A program made the position numbers and the translations under genes. A stretch of 64,000 nt of DNA, taken from contig JBGTLG010000030.1 of the NCBI GenBank assembly GCA_041744215.1, forward strand, positions 98,971 to 162,970. Direction: 5' to 3'. The notes beneath the pieces are model-generated. The model was not told where the DNA came from. It saw only the letters and a program-made list of their open reading frames with translations, and searched no databases. The DNA is from Fimbriimonadales bacterium (lineage in GTDB: Bacteria; Armatimonadota; Fimbriimonadia; Fimbriimonadales; ATM1). Positions 39,893 to 49,638 of the stretch are shown here, piece after piece (the first letter of the stretch is position 1; the number at the start of each line of letters is the position of its first letter).

Positions 39893-41019
39893 CTTGGGAC
39901 TGCCTCCTTAACCACGCTAACAAAATGTGATGTGACGACCGGCCATGCATAGTGCTTTTCTGCCTCTGCCCTCGCCAGCTCGCCCATGGATTGAAGTTCT
40001 TCCTGCGGACAGTCTCTGAGCTTCTGCAACCCGTCCACCAAGCCCTCGACACTGTTCGGCACAACCCATCCGACACGCAAGGATGGAATCATGAGCGCGG
40101 TGTCATAAACATCCATGCTCAAGACGGGGCGCCCAAGTGCGAGCGACTCAGGCCATTTCGTCGGAGCTGCGCCATTCTTATACTTTTTGTTGTCGGGATG
40201 CGCGATGATCGTTGTGCAGTGGGCATCTCGCATCGCTGCTGCGACCTCAGTTTGTGGGATTTGTGGGAAAGCCTCTATTCCCGCGGAGTCCGCAGCCCTT
40301 CGTAGCTCGGCTTCTCGTTCAGTGAATCCGATCATCCTCAGGCGCAAAGAACCCGGCTCCATCCGCTGAAAAGCCTCAACCAGTTTGTCGGCGCCTTGGT
40401 AAGGCACCATCGTCCCGGCGTAGGCCAGTAGTCTCGGACTGTCCTTCGGTACCGGGCCTGCCTCGAATCGATCCGGATCAACGCCGTGTCTGACTTCCCT
40501 CAGCCGCTCTGGCGGGAAGCCTCTTCTTCCGTAGTACTCTTTCTGGACAAGCGAGCTCCAGAGAATGTAGTCCGCTCGCTTGATCGCAATCGCTTCGGCT
40601 ATGCACGCCTCAACATAGACAACAAAATTCCGTATGCTCCGCTCCAGTTTGAACTGAAGCCACTTCTCCCCGACTGGTGGTGTGTGGATGTCGTACATCA
40701 CAGGAATGCCAGTCTTTCGCATAGCCCAAACACCCATTGCGGCGGTGTCGGCCGACGCGCAATAAACGCACCTCGCTCCCGCAAACTTTGCGCGCAACCA
40801 CCCGCTTCCCATCATCCGCTTCAAAACCGATCGGTCGGCGCGGTTGCGGCGGCTATACGTCATTGCACTCCTGAAGCCTGCGCTCTCAGCGCCCGCGCGC
40901 AAGCGATCAACACGGTGGTAGTAGCCCACGTTCGCGGGACTGCGTTCCTCGCCCTCGGTCCCATAAAGCACATAGCCAACGCTCTGACTGTCGATGGGGC
41001 TCCTGGCGACCGGTGGCAT
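39889..41019 (-). CDS. Glycosyltransferase family 4 (GT-B fold)
   Basis: HGVDPDRF, YAGTMVPYQG, PTKWPESLALGRPVL, AEKHYAW. Confidence 0.85.
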   Translation of the reverse strand: MPPVARSPIDSQSVGYVLYGTEGEERSPANVGYYHRVDRLRAGAESAGFRSAMTYSRRNRADRSVLKRMMGSGWLRAKFAGARCVYCASADTAAMGVWAMRKTGIPVMYDIHTPPVGEKWLQFKLERSIRNFVVYVEACIAEAIAIKRADYILWSSLVQKEYYGRRGFPPERLREVRHGVDPDRFEAGPVPKDSPRLLAYAGTMVPYQGADKLVEAFQRMEPGSLRLRMIGFTEREAELRRAADSAGIEAFPQIPQTEVAAAMRDAHCTTIIAHPDNKKYKNGAAPTKWPESLALGRPVLSMDVYDTALMIPSLRVGWVVPNSVEGLVDGLQKLRDCPQEELQSMGELARAEAEKHYAWPVVTSHFVSVVKEAVPR

Positions 41020-41082
41020 AATGACGGCGCCGATGGGCGCTATTCGTCATTTTGCCACAGTAGCCCAAAGAGTGGAGGGCGC

Positions 41083-42918
41083 TTGAGCGGCTTGTCATGG
41101 AAGCTCCGCCGATTGCGCAGCATGGGGATGCGGGAAATTCTTCATCGCGCAAAGACTACATTCCGTGACCGCTTCCACCCACCTAAGTATGTGCGTTGGA
41201 CTCCGGAAGAGGCCTACGAGCGGTTGTCTCTGGCCAACAGTTCAGCGATTGTCACTCCCCGGATCGCTGCGCCTGCGTCGCAGCCTGTAGTGGATGAAGG
41301 GGATGCTCTCCTTCATGGTGACTGGTCCATCTTCGGGCATCAAATCCAATTGGACGACCCACCGATCTGGAACAAAAACTATGTGAGGGGAGGCGAGTGG
41401 CCGGACGTACCCGCAGACAACTTGGACTACCGAAGGAACGACATTGCAGACGGCGTTAAGTTCACATGGGAGCTCGGCCGCTGGACGTGGGCGACGAGCC
41501 TAGCAACTGCTTATGCGTCCACGAAAGAGGACCGCTATCGTGAACTTTGCATCCGCTGGCTTGAAGACTTTGCCCGGAAGAACCCCATCTCCCAGGGCAT
41601 TCACCACACCAGCGGTATCGAAGACGCGGTGCGCGTACTCGCTGGCCTCATCGCGATCGGATTACTTGATGCGGCTAACGATGACCGTCTCATCCCGGTC
41701 CTCGGGCTCATTTATCAACAAGCGTTGCATTGTTCGGATCACCTCAGTGAAGGCACGAGCGCGAATAATCACCTCATCGCCGAGTACGCTTCAATGCTCG
41801 CTGCCGGGGCAGCGCTCCCCAACGCCCAGCACTCTGAGAAGCTCCGACTGCGCGGGTCAAAAGGACTCTACGATGAGATTCTCACACAAGTCAATCCGGA
41901 TGGAACATCAGTAGAACAATCTTTCGGATACATTCCTTTCATCTGGGAACTTGTGATTATTCCGCTAATCATTGCCAGTGCAAATGGTCTCTCGAAGCCG
42001 CCGCAAACTGTCCATGATCGACTAAAGATGAGTCTTGAGTTCATGAGGTCTGTTCGCCTGCCTGATGGAACTGCTCCACAGATCGGCGATGAAGACGACG
42101 GCAGGATTCTGCTTCCGGGCCACTCAGCAACGCGCCTGGATCTTGTTGGAAACTTGCTGGCAAAGTTTCTCGGAGCACCTCTGCTTTCGGATGAGCCGGA
42201 CGCCTCACTCCTTGCAGAGATGTTTTCTCCGGGAAACTCTCTACCAGCCCACGCTCCACCTCACGGCGTCCACAAGTTCCCAGACGGCGGATACACGGTT
42301 TGGCGAGACAAACTCTTGCTCGTCACTCTAGATCATGGGCCTCTTGGATGGCAGTCGATTGCAGCGCACGGTCACGCGGATGCGCTGTCGGTAACGGTAT
42401 TCGCGGGGTCTGTACCGATCGTAGTGGATCCTGGGGTCTACGCGTATCAAGACGACCCTGCGGCACGCGATCGATTTCGTGGGACACCGTATCATTCGAC
42501 AGTAAACTTCGACAACCGAAATCAAAGCGAGATTTTGGGACCCTTCATGTGGGGACGGCGGGCTCGAACCTATGCGCAGGGAGATGGCTGGGAGTGTGCG
42601 TGGCACACAGGCGAACGCCATTGGCGTGCAGTGTCGGTCGAAAGCAACGTCATAAGGATAGAGGACCGTGTCGATGGGCTGAACCCGGAAACCGTGTTTG
42701 TACTCCACCCAGCCGCAATCGTCGAAGTCACCGCGAACGTAGCAAAGGTTTCTGTCCGGGGTGTGTCTGCTACATTCGAATCCGACGGGCTTGGAGCATG
42801 GAGATGCGAGCCCGGCGAGTACTCGAGAATGCTCAGTCATAAAGAGCCAACAATTCGGCTGTGCGCTACATTTGAGAAACCCTACGCGAAGGTCACGATC
42901 ACGGTCGACGCGGGTTAG
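41083..42918 (+). CDS. Heparinase II/III-family protein
   Basis: VKFTWELGR, SANNHLIAE, EQSFGY, IGDEDDG, AHGHADALS, VDPG, FRGTPYHST; TTG start with GGAGG upstream (the longer ORF overlaps the glycosyltransferase gene). Confidence 0.88.
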   Translation: MSGLSWKLRRLRSMGMREILHRAKTTFRDRFHPPKYVRWTPEEAYERLSLANSSAIVTPRIAAPASQPVVDEGDALLHGDWSIFGHQIQLDDPPIWNKNYVRGGEWPDVPADNLDYRRNDIADGVKFTWELGRWTWATSLATAYASTKEDRYRELCIRWLEDFARKNPISQGIHHTSGIEDAVRVLAGLIAIGLLDAANDDRLIPVLGLIYQQALHCSDHLSEGTSANNHLIAEYASMLAAGAALPNAQHSEKLRLRGSKGLYDEILTQVNPDGTSVEQSFGYIPFIWELVIIPLIIASANGLSKPPQTVHDRLKMSLEFMRSVRLPDGTAPQIGDEDDGRILLPGHSATRLDLVGNLLAKFLGAPLLSDEPDASLLAEMFSPGNSLPAHAPPHGVHKFPDGGYTVWRDKLLLVTLDHGPLGWQSIAAHGHADALSVTVFAGSVPIVVDPGVYAYQDDPAARDRFRGTPYHSTVNFDNRNQSEILGPFMWGRRARTYAQGDGWECAWHTGERHWRAVSVESNVIRIEDRVDGLNPETVFVLHPAAIVEVTANVAKVSVRGVSATFESDGLGAWRCEPGEYSRMLSHKEPTIRLCATFEKPYAKVTITVDAG

Positions 42919-43469
42919 GAACTGCCCCGAACAAAGTCGCGAAACTTCTCAAGCTGTGTTGAAATCTGTTCGCGGGCTCGCTCATCGGTTAGCTCTCCGC
43001 TCTCGTCGAACTTTGTTTTGGCGAGCGTAACAAACACTTCTGGGAATTGCAGTTCCTTGACTTGCAGCGAGCCGAGCACTTGCCGCAACTGATACTGTCC
43101 TCGTGAGCCTCCGAGCAGACCTGTCGAAGCGCTCTGCACAATGACAGGCTTACCCACGAACGAGTTCTCCCCACCCGGTTTCGTCCCCCAGTCAATCGCG
43201 TTCTTCAGTACTCCCGTCATTGAGTGGTTGTACTCCGGTGCAGCGATCAGCAAACCATCGCTCAACGTAATCGCAGATTTGAACTCCCGCACAGATTCCG
43301 GCAGATCATGCTCAATGTCAGCGTTGTACAAGGGAATTGGCGAAAGATCAAAGCTTTCGATCGTCATTCCTGCTGGCGCGAGTTCTTGCGAGGCGCGAAT
43401 CAAGCCACGATTGTATGACTTCGCCCGCAGCGAGCCCGCAAACGCCAGTACCTTGACTTCTCTGTTCAT
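42915..43469 (-). CDS. NAD(P)H-dependent FMN reductase (ChrR/SsuE-like)
   Basis: GSLRAKSYN, PEYNHSMTGVLKNAIDW, GGSRGQYQLRQ. Confidence 0.92.
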   Translation of the reverse strand: MNREVKVLAFAGSLRAKSYNRGLIRASQELAPAGMTIESFDLSPIPLYNADIEHDLPESVREFKSAITLSDGLLIAAPEYNHSMTGVLKNAIDWGTKPGGENSFVGKPVIVQSASTGLLGGSRGQYQLRQVLGSLQVKELQFPEVFVTLAKTKFDESGELTDERAREQISTQLEKFRDFVRGSS

Positions 43470-43533
43470 GTGATACTACAAGTACTTAGTAGTCTAACAC
43501 AACTATTGAATCGGTCGTGCCATGATAGCCGCG

Positions 43534-44595
43534 ATGAAAGCGCTAATTCTCGCAGGTGGAAAGGGATCGCGCCTGCGCCCGATAACCTTCAGCCTGGCAA
43601 AGCAGTTAGTCCCTGTCGCGAACAAGCCGGTAATCGAGTTCGGCATTGACGCAATCCGCGCCGCAGGTATCACTGACTTCGGGTTCATCGTGGGTGATAC
43701 AGCAGCGGATGTCAAAAATGCCCTCGGCAATGGAGATCGATGGAACGCCACCTTTTCTTTCATCCCGCAAGACGCCCCACTCGGACTCGCCCATGCAGTG
43801 AAAACGGCGCGTGACTATCTCGGAAATGACAAGTTCATCATGTACCTGGGCGACAACCTCATCAAAACAGGTGTCAAGGAACTGGTCAAGGAATTCGAAG
43901 CTTCCACCGCCGACGCGATGATCCTGTTGACCAGAGTGCCCAACCCATCGGAGTTCGGAGTAGCAGAGCTTGATGGTGATCGGGTCGTGCGATTAGAAGA
44001 AAAACCGAAGGAGCCAAAGTCCGATTACGCCCTTGTCGGGGTTTACATGTTTACGCCTATCATCTTTGAAGCCATCGAAACGCTTACACCATCCTTCCGA
44101 GGCGAGTATGAGATCACCGATGCCATCCAAACACTTCTCGACTTGAAAAAGGACGTGCGATGTCACATCGTGACCGGATGGTGGAAGGATACTGGAACCG
44201 TTGACGCAATGCTCGAAGCGAACAAGCTGATCCTTGAGTCCATGGAGCATAGCAACGACGGTGAAGTTATCGATTCACAAGTCGCTGGGGGAGTTACCAT
44301 CGGTAGTGGAACTACTGTTTCCGGGAGTCGCATCACTGGGCCGGCGATTATTGGGGAGAACTGTGTCTTGCAGAACGCAACCATAGGCCCTTTCACGTCG
44401 ATCGCATCAGGGACTCGAATCGTTAGCTCCACCATCGAGTGCAGCATCATCATGGACGACTGCACGATCGAAGGCCTCGATGCGCCAATGTTTCGGTCAC
44501 TCATCGGAAGAGGTGTAACGGTCGGTAAAAGCGAGGAGCATCCGCGATCCTTGTGCATCGTCTTGGGAGACCATTCAACGATTGCCCTTCCGTAA
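43534..44595 (+). CDS. Glucose-1-phosphate thymidylyltransferase, long form with C-terminal left-handed beta-helix
   Basis: LILAGGKGSRLRP, KQLVPVANKP, LGDN, LEEKP, GEYEITDA, WWKDTG, hexapeptide repeats. Confidence 0.93.
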   Translation: MKALILAGGKGSRLRPITFSLAKQLVPVANKPVIEFGIDAIRAAGITDFGFIVGDTAADVKNALGNGDRWNATFSFIPQDAPLGLAHAVKTARDYLGNDKFIMYLGDNLIKTGVKELVKEFEASTADAMILLTRVPNPSEFGVAELDGDRVVRLEEKPKEPKSDYALVGVYMFTPIIFEAIETLTPSFRGEYEITDAIQTLLDLKKDVRCHIVTGWWKDTGTVDAMLEANKLILESMEHSNDGEVIDSQVAGGVTIGSGTTVSGSRITGPAIIGENCVLQNATIGPFTSIASGTRIVSSTIECSIIMDDCTIEGLDAPMFRSLIGRGVTVGKSEEHPRSLCIVLGDHSTIALP

Positions 44596-44597
44596 TT

Positions 44598-45200
44598 CTA
44601 ACCCTGAGTGAGCAGCCACGCTGCGGCTTCACGAAGCACCATTCCTCGGTGACTGATCTCGTTCTTGTGTTCAGGCTCTAGCTCTGCGTATGTTCTGCCG
44701 ATTTCCGGAAGGAGGAATATTGGGTCGTAGCCGAAGCCGTGCTCGCCTACTGGAGCCGCTGCAATAGATCCCGTTCGAATGGATTCAAACACTCGTGTAT
44801 CTTTGGCTGGAATCGCGATGGCAACGGCGCATCGAAACCTGGCCGTTCGCCCACTCTCTGCCACATCGTTCATCAAGGTGAGAATTCGTGCGATCTTTTC
44901 GGAAAATGGAGTGTCCTCGCCTGCAAATCGTTTGCTCTTAACCCCGGGCTGTCCGTTCAAAAAGTCGATCTCCAATCCTGCATCGTCGGCGATGCACCAC
45001 TCGCCTGTTGCGTCCCGCGCAGCTTCCGCTTTTATGATCGCGTTTTGTAAGTAAGTTTTGCCGCTCTCTTCAGGTTCATCAAAATCAGGATAGTCGCGCA
45101 AAGAGTTGACAACCCACTTCTCACCCAGAAGTGACTGAAGAATTGTCAACATCTCCCCACCCTTCCTCGGGTTTCGGGTAGCAACGACTATGCGTCTCAC
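44598..45200 (-). CDS. rdgB: Non-canonical purine NTP pyrophosphatase (RdgB/HAM1)
   Basis: ATRN..K, NAIIKA, ADDAGLE, GFGYDPIF, KNEISHRG. Confidence 0.95.
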   Translation of the reverse strand: MRRIVVATRNPRKGGEMLTILQSLLGEKWVVNSLRDYPDFDEPEESGKTYLQNAIIKAEAARDATGEWCIADDAGLEIDFLNGQPGVKSKRFAGEDTPFSEKIARILTLMNDVAESGRTARFRCAVAIAIPAKDTRVFESIRTGSIAAAPVGEHGFGYDPIFLLPEIGRTYAELEPEHKNEISHRGMVLREAAAWLLTQG

Positions 45201-45916
45201 TTCGCGAGCGTTTCCGCCTGCATCTGAAAGAGGGTCTTGAGCCCTCGCTTCGCGAGGCCGAGCATCTTTGCGAATGTTTCTTCTTCAAATGGCTCATCTT
45301 CTGCGGTCCCCTGAATCTCGACGTAACGCCCCTTGTTGGTCATCACAAGATTCATGTCGACAGCTGCACGAGAATCCTCATCGTAATTGAGATCAAGCAA
45401 TTCCTGACCCCCAACTACTCCAACACTGACTGCTGCAATGACCTCCTTCATTGGCGAACGATGTATCATTCTCTGGTCGATCATCCAGTCGAACGCATCG
45501 CTGAGTGCAATATGGGATGCGGTTATCGCCGCACACCGAGTTCCACCATCACCTTGCATTACATCACAATCGACAGTAATCGTTCGTTCGCCAATCAAAG
45601 TCAAATCTACGACTGCGCGTAGCGACCTTCCGATCAGGCGCTGAATCTCGAGAGACCTGCCATTAGGACGGAGAGTATCTCGCTGGTTTCGCTGTCGCCC
45701 TGAGCGAGGGAGCATTCCATATTCGGCTGTCACCCATCCCGATCCCTGACCTTTCATCCAGGGTGGCACACGGTCTTCCACGGTTGCCGTGACAAAAACA
45801 ATCGTGTCACCGATAGAGATTTCGCACGAGCCTTCCGCAAACTTCGCAACTCCCCGCGTCAACTTTACGGGGCGCAGTTCGTCTATCTGACGACCGTCGA
45901 TACGATTGAATGCCAT
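45197..45916 (-). CDS. rph: Ribonuclease PH
   Basis: GWVTAEYGMLP, EIQRLIGRSLR, DGGTRCAAIT, EIQGTAE; start ATG 45916. Confidence 0.97.
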   Translation of the reverse strand: MAFNRIDGRQIDELRPVKLTRGVAKFAEGSCEISIGDTIVFVTATVEDRVPPWMKGQGSGWVTAEYGMLPRSGRQRNQRDTLRPNGRSLEIQRLIGRSLRAVVDLTLIGERTITVDCDVMQGDGGTRCAAITASHIALSDAFDWMIDQRMIHRSPMKEVIAAVSVGVVGGQELLDLNYDEDSRAAVDMNLVMTNKGRYVEIQGTAEDEPFEEETFAKMLGLAKRGLKTLFQMQAETLAK

Positions 45917-45943
45917 AGGATGGGATTCTACCGGTACTCGCAA

Positions 45944-46789
45944 TTATTCGGGGCGGATGAATCGACCTGCTACCCAACCATCCTCTCGGATCCACGAGTG
46001 GACCGCCAAACCGGTGGCCTCAACCGCAGCCTGCACGTCTGGAAGGTTTGCAGGAATCACCCCAGAGAAAATCCAAACGCCACCATGATCTACGATCTGT
46101 GCGATCGCAGCAGCCTTTTGAATGATGATTGCCGAGACGAGGTTGGAAACTACAACGTCGCATTCGGGAATGTCCTCTGGGATGTGACCCGTCGTCCATA
46201 GGGCAATGTCGACCTGATTGATTTGAAAGTTCTTAGCTGCCACATCCGATGCTGCCTGGTCTACTTCGGTGGCGTAGACTTCGGCAGCCCCAAGCTTCTT
46301 CGCAGCGATCGACAGAATCCCGCTACCGGTTCCGATGTCGCACACCGTCGCGCCAGGGCCTACCTCTTGCTCTAGCAACGAGATGCACATCCTTGTCGTC
46401 GGATGATCGCCAGTCCCAAATGCCTGCCCTAACTCCAAGACAATAAGTTCACGTCCCTCGGTGTCATCGGGCACATCCCAAACCGGTGCGACGATGAAAG
46501 CGTTACCGATGAGAAGTGGCTTGAAGAACGCTTTCCAAGCCTCTGACCAGTCTTCCTCCGGAACAACATCCTGAACAACTGTTGTTGCACCCGCGTGTTC
46601 CAAAGCTCTCGTTAAGGACCCGAGAGTCTTTTCAGATTCGTTGTCTTCGTAAACGTATCCCGACATCGACGGAGGATTCCCATGCTCGATGGTGCCGCCG
46701 CTGCCATGCGACGCGAAGATTTCGTGAATTGGAGACCAGTCAAGCGGCGAGTCACTGAATTCCGCGCGAACGCAAATCCAGTTGGCCAC
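45944..46789 (-). CDS. prmA: Ribosomal protein L11 methyltransferase
   Basis: EDWSEAWK, AFGTGDHPTT, DIGTGSGILS; follows dnaJ. Confidence 0.95.
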   Translation of the reverse strand: MANWICVRAEFSDSPLDWSPIHEIFASHGSGGTIEHGNPPSMSGYVYEDNESEKTLGSLTRALEHAGATTVVQDVVPEEDWSEAWKAFFKPLLIGNAFIVAPVWDVPDDTEGRELIVLELGQAFGTGDHPTTRMCISLLEQEVGPGATVCDIGTGSGILSIAAKKLGAAEVYATEVDQAASDVAAKNFQINQVDIALWTTGHIPEDIPECDVVVSNLVSAIIIQKAAAIAQIVDHGGVWIFSGVIPANLPDVQAAVEATGLAVHSWIREDGWVAGRFIRPE

Positions 46790-47910
46790 TATTTGCCCTT
46801 CTTTATGTTTTCGCGGAACTGATCGAGAAAGCCAGGGCCCTTCGATTCTCTCGGCGTTTCGTTGCGAAGCGAACGGTCAAATTGCTCCAGTAGATGCCGT
46901 TGAAAATCATTGAGCTTCTTTGGCACATCAACGGTAACGCGAACGCGAAGGTCTCCGCGCTCCCGAGCTCCGATCTTTGGGACGCCCTCGCCGGGGACAC
47001 GAAACTCCTGTCCGGGTTGAGTCCCCGCGGGAACCTTCAGCGTGAACTCTCCGCTGATTCCCTGGAGCGACAACTCCGCCCCGAGAGCCGCCTGTGGAAA
47101 GGTGATCTCCACATGTGTAATCAAGCCGCGTTCGTCCCGCACAAAGCGCGGATCATCCTTCACACGTACGCCAACGTAGAGGTCGCCCGGCCGACCGCCA
47201 TTCAGCCCATCATCGCCTTTGTATGGCAGGTGAAGAACCGTTCCGTTCTCGACGCCAGGAGGAACGTCGATCTCCAGGCGTGAGCGCCTTTGCTCAAGTC
47301 GCTTTCCTTTGCACTGCGGGCACGGGTCGGTGATGATTCGACCTTCTCCCTCACACCGCCGGCAAGTGCTGCTTCTCCTGATCTGTCCGAGCAGTGTGTT
47401 TGAAATCTGAACGACAACGCCGGCGCCGCCGCATTCGGGACACATGGTTGGTGTTGAGCTCTCAGCGCTTCCCGATCCGTTGCACTTCGTGCAACTCTCC
47501 ATGCGATCTAACTCGATTGTTCGCTTCGCTCCCGTGACGACATCAGCCAACGTAAGGTTGACCTCAATCTGTAAGTCTCGGCCATCGACGACTCGCGGTC
47601 CCGCTCTTCGAGCCGCGCCAACGCCGAAAAACATTTCAAAGAGATCCGATATGCCCCCCGATCCAAAATCGAATCCTCCAGAGGGCATGTCGGCGACGGT
47701 CCCGTAGCGGTCATATTGAGCGCGCTTTGCAGGATCGCTCAGAACTGAGTACGCTTCACCGATTCGCTTAAACTTCTCTTCGGCCTGATCGTCGTCGCGA
47801 TTTACATCAGGGTGATACTTTCTGGCAAGTCGCCTAAACGCGGACTTGATATCCTCAGGGCTCGCATCGCGCGGTATCCCAAGCGCGGAATAGTAATCTG
47901 GCGCGGTCAT
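46789..47910 (-). CDS. dnaJ: Chaperone DnaJ
   Basis: J-domain with HPD, G/F-rich region, four CxxCxGxG repeats, C-terminal domain. Confidence 0.97.
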   Translation of the reverse strand: MTAPDYYSALGIPRDASPEDIKSAFRRLARKYHPDVNRDDDQAEEKFKRIGEAYSVLSDPAKRAQYDRYGTVADMPSGGFDFGSGGISDLFEMFFGVGAARRAGPRVVDGRDLQIEVNLTLADVVTGAKRTIELDRMESCTKCNGSGSAESSTPTMCPECGGAGVVVQISNTLLGQIRRSSTCRRCEGEGRIITDPCPQCKGKRLEQRRSRLEIDVPPGVENGTVLHLPYKGDDGLNGGRPGDLYVGVRVKDDPRFVRDERGLITHVEITFPQAALGAELSLQGISGEFTLKVPAGTQPGQEFRVPGEGVPKIGARERGDLRVRVTVDVPKKLNDFQRHLLEQFDRSLRNETPRESKGPGFLDQFRENIKKGK

Positions 47911-47916
47911 CGCGCG

Positions 47917-48348
47917 CTAAAGCTCGATTTCCTCTTCACCATCAGCGGACTCAATGCCGGCCAGCTCGTCCAACGAGATCGACTCGTCTTCTCCGGCCGT
48001 ACCCGCCATTGGGACCACCTCGCCCTCGGAATCATTCACCGAGGTGCCAGCATCCTTGAAGAGGTCGCTGATCAGCGAGTCGATGTTGTCCTGCTTGCCA
48101 GCCAGGTAGTCCAGATCCGCGATTGCGTCGTCTTGCTCGGGGACCCTTTCGATCTCTTCGAAGACCGCGACGACTGCGCCCTCTGCGATCTCCAGCATAG
48201 CGATCGTTAGCGGGTGGGGTTCGGACGTCTCGACTAAGGCCGGCGCCTTGTCGCGGGTTATCTGCGTCGAACGACGCGCAGCCAAGTTCACGAGCTCGAA
48301 CTTCTTGCCGTATGCGTCGAGTTTGTCACCTTCAGGGTATAGCGCCAT
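47917..48348 (-). CDS. rpoZ: RNA polymerase omega subunit with long acidic C-terminal extension
   Basis: KFELVNLAARRSTQI...HPLTIAMLEIAEG matches the omega core. Confidence 0.85.
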   Translation of the reverse strand: MALYPEGDKLDAYGKKFELVNLAARRSTQITRDKAPALVETSEPHPLTIAMLEIAEGAVVAVFEEIERVPEQDDAIADLDYLAGKQDNIDSLISDLFKDAGTSVNDSEGEVVPMAGTAGEDESISLDELAGIESADGEEEIEL

Positions 48349-48375
48349 AAGTCTTCTCAGGGGGTGCGAGCCCGA

Positions 48376-48381
48376 ATTATA
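48376..48381 (-). promoter_or_regulatory. -10 box TATAAT upstream of rpoZ-dnaJ-prmA
   Basis: Perfect TATAAT 27 nt upstream of the rpoZ ATG; no clear -35. Confidence 0.5.
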
Positions 48382-48685
48382 CCTCTCGCTGGGCGATGCT
48401 TCGTCGGACGGCCACCCGGAACGCCGAGTAGCACGACGGGCAGCCGAGGTACCCCTTCTCTACCACATCGTCCCTGCTCGCGCCGCACGCAGGACACCGG
48501 TCGAGATCGGCTGGAGTGCCATCGAGCTTCGCGACGTGGCCTCCTCGGGACATCGGCTTGAGAACAGCTTCAAGGCAACCGTCACACAGGGGGTCGCCAT
48601 CGAACGTTCGCTTCGCCGAGGCGCCGCAGTTAAAGCAAAGACTAGAACGGGGTCCCGTTCTTCGTCTCCTCGCGGAACAAGCCAA
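48377..48685 (-). CDS. Small McsA-like zinc-binding protein (4 x CxxC), start uncertain
   Basis: CFNC, LCDGC, CPACG and G-LGCPSCYSAF, as in the McsA N-terminal region; the only start codons lie inside ilvE. Confidence 0.6.
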   Translation of the reverse strand: MACSARRRRTGPRSSLCFNCGASAKRTFDGDPLCDGCLEAVLKPMSRGGHVAKLDGTPADLDRCPACGASRDDVVEKGYLGCPSCYSAFRVAVRRSIAQREV

Positions 48686-49517
48686 TGAGCTTGTTTGTGA
48701 CCTCGCCGGGCTTACCACAGCCTATAGCGCGAGTGTCTACCCTGCACATAGGCACGACTTCGGCGGCAGTTCCAGTCAGGAACGATTCTTCTGCCTCAAA
48801 CAAATCGTAAGTGGTCATGTACACCTCACGCACGTCGTAGCCCGCTTTTTTGGCGAGTTCGATCACCGTTCTTCGGGTGATCCCACCGAGAATTCCCGAG
48901 GCAAGGTGCGGGGTGCGAATGATGCCGCCCTTATCCACAATGAAGAGGTTATCTCCAGTGCCCTCGGCGAGGTAGCCCTCGGCATTGAGCATGAGCCCCT
49001 CATCGGCCCCCTGACGATTTGCCTCAAGCTTTGCGTAGATGTTGCTTACATAGCGCCCAATGGTCTTCAACCGTGGGTCCAGAGCGTCGTGTCGTATCAC
49101 TCGAGTGCTGACCACCACGCCTTTGAGGCCAGTTTCGTAACACTCAGGTGGGAACAGCCTCAGCTTGCTGACCATGACCATGACATTGGGCACACGGCTG
49201 ATGTTCCGGGGATCCAGGCCGAGGCCGGTTCCGCGTGTTACATTGATGCGGATGTAGCCGCTCTGCTCGTCTGCCTGCTTGCACGTGTCGAGGACGATCT
49301 GCTTTAGCTCGGCCTTCCCGACCTGCATCTCGAAGTCGAGAAACCGGATGCCGTAGTACAGCCGGTCGAGGTGGTCGTCGAGTTTGAAGACCTTGCGATC
49401 GTAGAAGCGAATCCCTTCAAACAGCCCGTCGCCGTACAGGAACGCGTGATCGCGGACGGATACGGTGGCGGTTTCCAGGGGGTGAATCTCGCCATTGAGC
49501 CACACCAATTCAGCCAT
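48642..49517 (-). CDS. ilvE: Branched-chain amino acid aminotransferase (class IV)
   Basis: LYGDGLFEGIR, HLDRL, AEGTGDN, ILGGITR, FLTGTAAEVVP. Confidence 0.93.
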   Translation of the reverse strand: MAELVWLNGEIHPLETATVSVRDHAFLYGDGLFEGIRFYDRKVFKLDDHLDRLYYGIRFLDFEMQVGKAELKQIVLDTCKQADEQSGYIRINVTRGTGLGLDPRNISRVPNVMVMVSKLRLFPPECYETGLKGVVVSTRVIRHDALDPRLKTIGRYVSNIYAKLEANRQGADEGLMLNAEGYLAEGTGDNLFIVDKGGIIRTPHLASGILGGITRRTVIELAKKAGYDVREVYMTTYDLFEAEESFLTGTAAEVVPMCRVDTRAIGCGKPGEVTNKLIGLFREETKNGTPF

Positions 49518-49536
49518 ATCGCGATGTTAGCACAGG

Positions 49537-49638
49537 TCAGGATCGCCTCTTTCTGCGCCGCTCAATCGCGATCACGTAGGCGAACAGGCCTAACCACACC
49601 AGGGTCGGGGGAATCGCTACCGCCAGTTGCCAGTCCAT
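49537..49638 (-). CDS. ccmD: CcmD-family heme exporter small subunit (33 aa: MDWQLAVAIPPTLVWLGLFAYVIAIERRRKRRS)
   Basis: AAGGAGG RBS, one TM helix plus a basic tail, directly after ccmC; below the ORF-track size cutoff. Confidence 0.8.
   Translation of the reverse strand: MDWQLAVAIPPTLVWLGLFAYVIAIERRRKRRS

Noticed and set aside
40486-41082. N-terminal extension of the 810-aa heparinase-like ORF
   Set aside because: Antisense to the glycosyltransferase gene; a TTG with RBS at 41083 is a better start.
47911-48376. CIRCE/HrcA operator for dnaJ
   Set aside because: No TTAGCACTC-N9-GAGTGCTAA seen.
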